The position numbers and the translations under genes are program-made. This document shows, piece by piece, positions 57,591-64,000 of a stretch of 64,000 bases of DNA (the first letter of the stretch is position 1; each line of letters starts with the position of its first letter). Under the pieces are notes generated by a model. The model was not told the DNA's origin. It did no database searches and saw nothing but the letters and a program-made list of their open reading frames with translations. This DNA comes from Candidatus Bathyarchaeia archaeon. Lineage in GTDB: Archaea; Thermoproteota; Bathyarchaeia; 40CM-2-53-6. Location of the stretch: the NCBI GenBank assembly GCA_035935655.1, contig DASYWW010000062.1, positions 203,859 through 267,858 of the forward strand. Direction: 5' to 3'.

Positions 57591-59378
57591 ATGTCCACCC
57601 CAGTTTATCTAGACCTCGCTGCGATGGTGGCCCCGGCCCTTTCGTTATGGCTGCTTATCCGACAGAAACACTCCTTTGTCGGAATTGCGCGACACAACCT
57701 AGTCCGGCTAAACCTCTATTTCTTCCTAATTCTGGCGGCCGATATCGATAGAATCCTAGCCCAAAGCGTGCTCGCAACCTACCTAATGCTCGTCGGCTTT
57801 TTCCTCGTCGCCATGAACTTCGGCCATGCGGCCGCCGTTGTCCAGTTCTGTCCTGAAGCCAGAACATGGAGGGAATCAATGAAGATCATATTCAAGAAAA
57901 CCATGTTGTTCCCCCTTTTCCTCCTAGTTCTAGGCGCTTGGCTTGCGGTCACGCTCACCTTCGAACCAGTCACCGCCTCACTAACATCCTACGGGAACGA
58001 GGCATACGTACTGCCCACATTTCCATCGTGGTACATTGCCCTCACGGCTGCTGTCGCGGTTCCCATCGTCTTGTACCCGTCTCTAACGCTCCTTTCATCT
58101 ATGCGTCGTGCCCAGACTTCGTATACGAGAAACTCTCTCCTCCTGATGCTGTCCAGCTGGCTCTGTTTTCCCACCGTGGGATTGGTAGTCTTCTTCCTAT
58201 TGTCTCCCATGATTCCATTCTCCTACGAGTTGGGGCTGATCATAAGTTCCGCGTTCTATTGTCTGCTGGCTGTTTCCATCAGGACCCTTCCAGGAACAAC
58301 CAGGTTCTTGAAGAGCAGCCTCTTTCCTCAGAGTCTGATAAAATTCGGGAAACGATACCTTGTTCTATACGATACCGGCATGCGATCAATATCATTCCTT
58401 TCTTCTGCTTTTCGAAGCACTATCGAGGCAGGCGCCAGGGTGGTGCTCAAATCTCCGGCCGCTTGGCTCGTGGAGGGGCTGTCCCGTAACGATTCTCGAT
58501 TCCACGAATGGGCGGAGAACGGAAAGTTTGTCACATCTTCAGTTGACTCTGATGACAAACGGTCTGGTAGAGAGGGGCTTTCCGACAAGTTTGGATTGAG
58601 CCAGACGGCCACTGTGTTTGTGAAAGAGCTGGAGCGGCAGGATCTTCAGGGATCGATGGGATCCATTGCAACGGATTCAAAGAGTGAACCAGAAGCGGAA
58701 GTGCTTCTGCTAGAATCCAGTCAGGCCCCTAGACCTCAAGTTGCTGATTTTCTGCAGAAGAACGCGGACGTTGAGCTTGTGAATCTCTCAGAGGCGTCCG
58801 ACCCGTTCTCAACTCTCGTTAACTTGAACCATCAGAGAATTGAGGGCTCAAAGATTCTGCTTGAGTACTCCTCTAATAGCAACTTTGAGGACTTGGTGAG
58901 AAAATTCTTCGATGAAGGGATCGCTAATGCCGAGATGTGTACTCTATTCACATCGAAGTCTAGCAAGCTGTACAGAGCGTTGAAGGGAAAGAGAATGGTG
59001 AGGATAGTCGCGGCTTCTTCTCTCGTGTCTGCTCCGGACGAGTTGCCTGATGGGGAGATTCAGATCCCGGACAAGGAGCTGGGCCTGGTGACCTCACTGG
59101 TAACTGATCTGTTTGAGAATAACAAGTCTGTGGCTTTGAGCTTCGTCTTCGATAGTATCACCGAGCTCATTCGAGGCGAAAGGTGGGAACAGGTATACTC
59201 TGGCATTAAGCAACTGATCGAGCTTCTTAGCCCATCAACTTTCACGGCCATATTCCTTGTAAATGAGGAGACGACGGAGGCGCGTTTCTTAGGCGCGTTG
59301 AGAGGGTTGTTTTCTGTTCAGATGCGACTTGACGAGATAGAGGGTCAAGCCCTTAGAGTCGTGAAGGCAGAGTTCTAG
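57591..59378 (+). CDS. Membrane protein (about 7 N-terminal TM) with a cytoplasmic C-terminal domain resembling a degenerate KaiC/RecA-like (DUF835-like) fold
   Basis: Hydropathy. The C-terminal domain has an alternating beta/alpha pattern (VALSFVFDSITELI..., TAIFLVNEET) but no Walker A. The domain assignment is tentative. Confidence 0.4.
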   Translation: MSTPVYLDLAAMVAPALSLWLLIRQKHSFVGIARHNLVRLNLYFFLILAADIDRILAQSVLATYLMLVGFFLVAMNFGHAAAVVQFCPEARTWRESMKIIFKKTMLFPLFLLVLGAWLAVTLTFEPVTASLTSYGNEAYVLPTFPSWYIALTAAVAVPIVLYPSLTLLSSMRRAQTSYTRNSLLLMLSSWLCFPTVGLVVFFLLSPMIPFSYELGLIISSAFYCLLAVSIRTLPGTTRFLKSSLFPQSLIKFGKRYLVLYDTGMRSISFLSSAFRSTIEAGARVVLKSPAAWLVEGLSRNDSRFHEWAENGKFVTSSVDSDDKRSGREGLSDKFGLSQTATVFVKELERQDLQGSMGSIATDSKSEPEAEVLLLESSQAPRPQVADFLQKNADVELVNLSEASDPFSTLVNLNHQRIEGSKILLEYSSNSNFEDLVRKFFDEGIANAEMCTLFTSKSSKLYRALKGKRMVRIVAASSLVSAPDELPDGEIQIPDKELGLVTSLVTDLFENNKSVALSFVFDSITELIRGERWEQVYSGIKQLIELLSPSTFTAIFLVNEETTEARFLGALRGLFSVQMRLDEIEGQALRVVKAEF

Positions 59379-59491
59379 TCAGCTAGAGCATGCCTGACTC
59401 ATCAGAGGTTTTTTCCGCGATTCCTGACACTATTTAAAATACGGGCCGTTTCGTTAACAGCCCCTCGTCGAACCTGGGAAGCTGAATCGCA

Positions 59492-61204
59492 GTGGACCAT
59501 CTCAGCCACGATGTCTTGATCATTGGGGGTGGTGCCGCTGGACTCCGGGCTGCCATTGCTGCAGCCGAGCTCAATCCCAAGCTAGACATCGCGATCGTGT
59601 CCAAAGTCTATCCTATGCGCAGCCACACGGTCTCAGCCGAGGGCGGCATGGCCGCGGTGTTGAGGACCGACTATGACAACTTCGACCTTCATGCCTACGA
59701 CACGATCAAGGGGAGCGACTTTCTTGCAGATCAGGACGCGGTCGAGTTTTTCGTGAAGGAAGCGCCTAGGGAATCGATACGGCTGGAGCATTGGGGCTGT
59801 CCTTTCAGCCGGGACCCTGACGGCCGGATTAGCGTGCGAGCCTTCGGAGGAATGAGTGTAAAGAGAACACTGTTCGCGACGGACAAGATAGGATTCCATC
59901 TACTCCACACACTATTCCAGACCAGCTTGAAGTTCGAGAATATTCGCAGGTATGATGAGTGGTTCACCACGTCGATCCTTGTGGATAACGGCCGAGTTGA
60001 CGGGGTTACAGCTATTGACATTCGCTCAGGCGAACTCGTTTCGTTTCTAGCGAAGGCTGTTGTGATCGCGACAGGGGGATGCGGTAGAATCTATCAATTC
60101 ACAACCAACGGATGGATCAAGACAGGCGACGGAATGGCCATGGCTTACAGAGCCGGGGTCCCACTCAAAGACATGGAAATGGTCCAATATCATCCAACAT
60201 TGCTTCCGAACACCGGCATACTGATCACCGAGGCTGCCAGGGGAGAGGGAGGTCACCTACTGAACAAGGATGGCGATCGATTCCTGAAAAAATACGTCCC
60301 CAACAAGATGGAGCTGGGACCGAGAGACATCCTGTCGCGGGCTGAGATGACTGAGATCAAGGAGGGCCGGGGATTTGAAGGCCCATACGGAAGCTATGTC
60401 CACCTAGACCTCACACATTTGGGCGAGGAAACGATCGAGGCAAAACTTCCTTTCGTGAAAGAACTCGCCGAGAAATACCTGGGAATAGACCCAGCTCACG
60501 AAATGATACCTGTAAGGCCAGGGCAACATTACATGATGGGAGGCGTTCACACTGACATACATGCCAACACTGGCCTCCCTGGACTGTACGCAGCTGGAGA
60601 GATGGCGTGCGTCAGCATGAATGGCGCAAACCGTCTCGGAAGCAACTCACTCACCGAATGTCTCGTGTTTGGTGCCGAGGCCGGAATCGGCGCGGCTCAA
60701 TTCGCTATGAAGCAGGGGGCACCGAGTTTCGGAAATCCCGTTCAAGGGCTGGCGTTGGAGGAGGAGAAGAGAATCTACGACAAAGTTCTGAAACACGAGA
60801 AGGGCGAAGGAATCTCGAACATTCGAACAGAGATGCAGAAGGTCATGGAGGATCACGTCGGCATCTACCGTGACGAGAACACTCTCAAACAGGCCTGCAA
60901 CCTTATCGGAGGCTTGAAACAGAGAATGAAGAACGCAGTGGTTGAAGACAAGGACCGCGTCTATAACACCGACTTGGTCTCCGCTCTGGAACTAGACTTC
61001 ATGCTCGATGTCGCTGAGACCATTGCTTACACAGCACTTGCACGAACGGAATCCAGGGGCGCACATTCTCGCACAGATTATCCGAAACGTGACGATGTTC
61101 AATTCCTCAAGCACCTAGTGGTCTATGAGACTGGAACTGTTCCGAGGATTGACTCGATGCCGGTAACGATTACGCGTTGGAAACCGGAGGCGCGAGTCTA
61201 CTAA
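59492..61204 (+). CDS. sdhA: Succinate dehydrogenase/fumarate reductase flavoprotein subunit
   Basis: FAD site [14 protein letters not shown], covalent-FAD His motif [10 protein letters not shown], and active-site regions HYMMGG and RLGSNSL. Confidence 0.95.
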   Translation: MDHLSHDVLIIGGGAAGLRAAIAAAELNPKLDIAIVSKVYPMRSHTVSAEGGMAAVLRTDYDNFDLHAYDTIKGSDFLADQDAVEFFVKEAPRESIRLEHWGCPFSRDPDGRISVRAFGGMSVKRTLFATDKIGFHLLHTLFQTSLKFENIRRYDEWFTTSILVDNGRVDGVTAIDIRSGELVSFLAKAVVIATGGCGRIYQFTTNGWIKTGDGMAMAYRAGVPLKDMEMVQYHPTLLPNTGILITEAARGEGGHLLNKDGDRFLKKYVPNKMELGPRDILSRAEMTEIKEGRGFEGPYGSYVHLDLTHLGEETIEAKLPFVKELAEKYLGIDPAHEMIPVRPGQHYMMGGVHTDIHANTGLPGLYAAGEMACVSMNGANRLGSNSLTECLVFGAEAGIGAAQFAMKQGAPSFGNPVQGLALEEEKRIYDKVLKHEKGEGISNIRTEMQKVMEDHVGIYRDENTLKQACNLIGGLKQRMKNAVVEDKDRVYNTDLVSALELDFMLDVAETIAYTALARTESRGAHSRTDYPKRDDVQFLKHLVVYETGTVPRIDSMPVTITRWKPEARVY

Positions 61205-61953
61205 TGAGCCAAGAGATTGCGACCATCAGAGTAACGCGATATCGGCCGGAGAAAGATGGGAAGCCATACTTCCAAGATTACAAAGTACCTTACCGAAAGG
61301 ACATGGTTGTTCTTGACGCGCTCAACTACATCAAGGCCAATCTAGATGGGACGCTGACTTATCGCTGGTCGTGCAGAATGGGCGTGTGCGGAAGCTGTGG
61401 CGCGAATGTAGATGGGGTCCCGAAGCTCACCTGTGCTAGCTTTCTCCACGAATTCAAGGGTCGAACGATCGAAGTGGAACCTCTTTCCCACTTCCCAGTC
61501 ATCAAAGACTTGGTCGTCAACATGGACGACTTCATGCACAAGCTGGTTGAGATCAAGCCCTGGACGATTCGGGAAAAGGAGTCTCCTCCAGAAGAGGGCG
61601 AGTACCGCCAGAGCCCTGAGGAATTGGAGCGCTACGGTCAGTTCTCTTCCTGTATCAATTGCATGCTCTGCTACTCCGCTTGCCCAGTCTATGGGCTTAA
61701 CGAGAAATTTCTAGGTCCAGCCGCCACGGCGCTGGCTTACAGATACATCGAGGATTCGAGAGACCAGGGCAAGGATGTTCGGTTTCCGATTGTGCATGAT
61801 ATCGAGGGGGTTTGGGAATGCACCCTCGTGGGAGAATGCAGTGTCGTCTGCCCGAAGGGTGTTGACCCTATGCTTGCGATTCAGAAGACAAAGATTCTCG
61901 GAGCTACAAATGCTCTGCGGTCGCTGGTGATGCCGCGGGGAGCCGGGAAATAA
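61204..61953 (+). CDS. sdhB: Succinate dehydrogenase iron-sulfur subunit
   Basis: 2Fe-2S motif CRMGVCGSCG, 4Fe-4S motif CINCMLCYSACP, 3Fe-4S motif CTLVGECSVVCP. The start overlaps the sdhA stop. Confidence 0.9.
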   Translation: MSQEIATIRVTRYRPEKDGKPYFQDYKVPYRKDMVVLDALNYIKANLDGTLTYRWSCRMGVCGSCGANVDGVPKLTCASFLHEFKGRTIEVEPLSHFPVIKDLVVNMDDFMHKLVEIKPWTIREKESPPEEGEYRQSPEELERYGQFSSCINCMLCYSACPVYGLNEKFLGPAATALAYRYIEDSRDQGKDVRFPIVHDIEGVWECTLVGECSVVCPKGVDPMLAIQKTKILGATNALRSLVMPRGAGK

Positions 61954-61955
61954 TA

Positions 61956-62351
61956 TTGTCCAAGGAGAAACCGTTTCCCGAATACAGGCGAAAGCTCGGT
62001 CCCGGATGGTGGCTCTCAAACGGCCACTTCACCCAATATATGATCCGGGAATGGAGCAGCTTCTTCGTTGCCGTGTTCAGCCTTATCTACATCTACGAGC
62101 TATCGCTCTTCGCCTCAGGCGCGAAACAGAGTGCACTCGCTCTAATGAGGAATCCGGGATTGATCGCCTTCAACGTGGTAGCGTTGATATTCACACTGTA
62201 CCACGCGCTTACCTGGTTCTATCTTATCGGCAAAGTCCAGCCGATCAAGTTCGGAAAAACGACGAGCAAACCCTGGCAAGCCTTACTGGTCAATATTGTT
62301 CTATTGCTGATCATATCCTACGCTGTAACCCAGATTCTAGTGTTGAGGTAG
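61956..62351 (+). CDS. sdhC: Succinate dehydrogenase membrane anchor subunit (SdhC-like, 3 TM)
   Basis: Position immediately after sdhB; three hydrophobic helices with a conserved His candidate. Confidence 0.55.
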   Translation: MSKEKPFPEYRRKLGPGWWLSNGHFTQYMIREWSSFFVAVFSLIYIYELSLFASGAKQSALALMRNPGLIAFNVVALIFTLYHALTWFYLIGKVQPIKFGKTTSKPWQALLVNIVLLLIISYAVTQILVLR

Positions 62352-62359
62352 CACCACGT

Positions 62360-62737
62360 ATGCCGAAAGTCGCACGATTACACGCAATTCTCTGGGGAGT
62401 GTTCTCAATCGGAGGCTTCATCGCTGCCTTCCTCCTCCCAGTATTGATCTATCTGGTCGGAGTCGCTTACCCGCTAGGTCTCTGGCCCCTGGCAACCGGA
62501 GATCCGACGAGCGCGATACTTGACCATCACCACATCGGGACTCTTTTCTTGTTCGTGACTGTTGCCGGATCCTTGTACCATGGAATATTCCGATTCCAGT
62601 CAACTCTTACAGAGCTTGGCCTAGCGCGTGCAAAAAGGCCATTAGAAGCGATTGGATATCTCATAATAATCATAGGTATGCTAACGGTGGCTTACTATCT
62701 GCTGGTGCTGAACCCTAGTGTTCTCACTCTTCCCTGA
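62360..62737 (+). CDS. sdhD: Succinate dehydrogenase membrane anchor subunit (SdhD-like, 3 TM)
   Basis: Internal ATG at 62360 following sdhC; 3 TM. The longer ORF from 62006 overlaps sdhC in another frame and is rejected. Confidence 0.5.
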   Translation: MPKVARLHAILWGVFSIGGFIAAFLLPVLIYLVGVAYPLGLWPLATGDPTSAILDHHHIGTLFLFVTVAGSLYHGIFRFQSTLTELGLARAKRPLEAIGYLIIIIGMLTVAYYLLVLNPSVLTLP

Positions 62738-62797
62738 AATTTTCTGACCTCGGGATTCTAATACCGGGCCAAACGCATTGATTCGAGGGACAACGAG

Positions 62798-63160
62798 ATG
62801 AGCCACGGTCACTCTCTCAAGGAATTCAAAGCCTATCGAGAGAAAATGAACGAGAAAATCCTGGAAAAGGGAAACCTTCAGATCAGACGATTCTTCAATC
62901 TCGACACCCAAGCCTACAATGATGGCGCTCTTCCCCGAAAGACCAAAGAACTGATGGGACTTGTCGCATCTCTCGTGCTTCGATGCGATGATTGCGTAAC
63001 GTACCATATCATTCAGTGTGTCGAGCAGAAAGTCTCCGATGCGGAGTTTTTCGAGGCCTTCAACATAGGATTGATAGTAGGCGGGTCCATAGCCATACCA
63101 CATCTGCGAAGCGCAGTGGAGATGTTGGAAGAATGCAGACGGAAAGAAAAACAAACTTAG
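62798..63160 (+). CDS. Carboxymuconolactone decarboxylase/AhpD-like family protein
   Basis: AhpD-core CxxC-H motif (LRCDDCVTYH). Confidence 0.7.
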   Translation: MSHGHSLKEFKAYREKMNEKILEKGNLQIRRFFNLDTQAYNDGALPRKTKELMGLVASLVLRCDDCVTYHIIQCVEQKVSDAEFFEAFNIGLIVGGSIAIPHLRSAVEMLEECRRKEKQT

Positions 63161-63170
63161 CGTTGATCGT

Positions 63171-63656
63171 CTACGATACTTTGTAGATTAACCAGTTCTT
63201 GTCCTTGAAGTTGATCAGACGGTAATCACCCTTTAGCTTTCGACCTTTCAAGACAACGTGGTATTTGCGTGGCTCCCTGAGCTCGAGGATATACAATCCC
63301 TTGTCCCAGATTTTCACCTGGCCAGCGCCATATTCTCCTTCAGGAATCGTCCCCTTGAAACCGTAGTAGCTGAGAGGATGATCCGGGACTTGAACTGCGA
63401 GCCGCTTTATCCCAGGTTCTGTTGGTGGGCCCTTGGGAACAGCCCAACTCTTCAAAACGCCATCCAGCTCAAGTCTGAAATCCCAGTGCAACCTTCGGGC
63501 GTGATGCTCCTGGACTAGAAATCTCAACGAGGAGTTCACAGACGGAGACACCACGTCTGCGCTGGAAGGCTTGGTGCTTTTAGGAGAAATATCAGACCTT
63601 GAAGGTGTCAATGGTTTTCTGGGGTCAGAAAGTTCGACCATCGGTTTTAATATCAC
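63171..63656 (-). CDS. Stand-alone LigD-type 3'-phosphoesterase (PE) domain protein
   Basis: PE-domain signature FLVQEHHARRLHWDFRLELDGVLKSWAVPKGP. Confidence 0.75.
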   Translation of the reverse strand: MILKPMVELSDPRKPLTPSRSDISPKSTKPSSADVVSPSVNSSLRFLVQEHHARRLHWDFRLELDGVLKSWAVPKGPPTEPGIKRLAVQVPDHPLSYYGFKGTIPEGEYGAGQVKIWDKGLYILELREPRKYHVVLKGRKLKGDYRLINFKDKNWLIYKVS

Positions 63657-63681
63657 ATCCTACCTCCATAGGAGGTTATAC

Positions 63682-64000
63682 ATGTCCCAGCGCAAGTTCA
63701 TTTCAGGATTCTTCATTGGACTGATCTTCTTGATCTCAGTACCGTTTGCCCAGCATTCAGGCCTTATTCCCAAGGCACAGGCTGCGACCATCAACATCAC
63801 GCTCTACGCCTATTTCTCTGGGTGGAACAATACCAAACCATCAGGGGCGAATCCCACAATTACTGTCACCCAAGGCGACACAATATCATTCAACCTAATT
63901 GAAGGAGACGCAAGTACCCACCGTTTCCTTCTAGATATCGACAATAGTAGCATTACGAATGATTGTGCAAACCCAGGCCCTGACAAATGCTCCGGAGACA
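63682..64000 (+). CDS. N-terminal part of a secreted protein (signal peptide; possibly a cupredoxin-like beta-sandwich); continues past the window end
   Basis: ATG at 63682 with GGAGGT 6 nt upstream. Hydrophobic signal sequence, then a TITVTQGDTISFNL...H pattern. The gene is truncated by the window. Confidence 0.35.
   Translation, partial: MSQRKFISGFFIGLIFLISVPFAQHSGLIPKAQAATINITLYAYFSGWNNTKPSGANPTITVTQGDTISFNLIEGDASTHRFLLDIDNSSITNDCANPGPDKCSGD

Noticed and set aside
62006-62737. 243-aa ORF as listed in the ORF track
   Set aside because: Its first 118 codons overlap sdhC in a different frame and are Arg-rich off-frame sequence. Only the part from the ATG at 62360 (SdhD-like, 3 TM) is retained.
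1-64000. CRISPR arrays, rRNA genes, transposases, integrases, prophage blocks
   Set aside because: No regularly spaced direct repeats were found, no rRNA-like sequence, and no transposase, integrase or phage-structural motifs in any of the six frames. The only repeat found is the tandem gene duplication at 20.1-21.2 kb.

Overview
The window is 64 kb of gene-dense chromosomal DNA (about 52-53% GC, roughly 60 coding genes on both strands) that looks archaeal. The signs are: a tRNA-Leu gene interrupted by about 75 nt of intervening sequence; TATA-like boxes about 30 bp upstream of start codons and of the tRNA; a 1069-aa archaeal-type IleRS; a thiolase/DUF35 four-gene block; acyl-CoA mutase catalytic subunits without a fused B12 domain; a compact sdhABCD; and a grpE-dnaK-dnaJ operon with no hrcA or CIRCE element. 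Recognisable housekeeping blocks: leuCD (8941-10766), meaB-mcmA with a second mutase paralog placed divergently (23256-27652), a beta-oxidation-like cluster (acyl-CoA dehydrogenase, 2 thiolase-like genes, 2 DUF35 genes; 37502-44137), grpE-dnaK-dnaJ (47607-51284), ileS (53711-56920) and sdhABCD (59492-62737). The remainder is accessory: 4 GNAT acetyltransferase genes (one frameshifted), 2 isochorismatase-family hydrolases, a nucleoside hydrolase, NUDIX, a metallo-beta-lactamase-fold hydrolase, a PaaI-type thioesterase, an orphan DNA methyltransferase, a winged-helix AlkZ/YcaQ-like protein, a 930-aa AAA-ATPase/TPR protein, a stand-alone LigD phosphoesterase domain, transporters (2 MFS, APC, EamA, MscS, TrkA), and many small membrane, secreted or zinc-ribbon proteins. 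No CRISPR array, rRNA, transposase or integrase was recognised. Most worth a second look are the multi-intron tRNA-Leu(UAA) candidate, the pair of mutase paralogs (one with the isobutyryl-CoA-mutase-type Phe/Gln signature, one with the methylmalonyl-CoA-mutase-type Tyr/Arg signature), a roughly 540-bp tandem duplication of a small membrane-protein gene together with its promoter, and a recurring C-terminal zinc ribbon attached to membrane, surface and low-complexity proteins. All calls come from reading translated ORFs and remembered family motifs; no database search was run.
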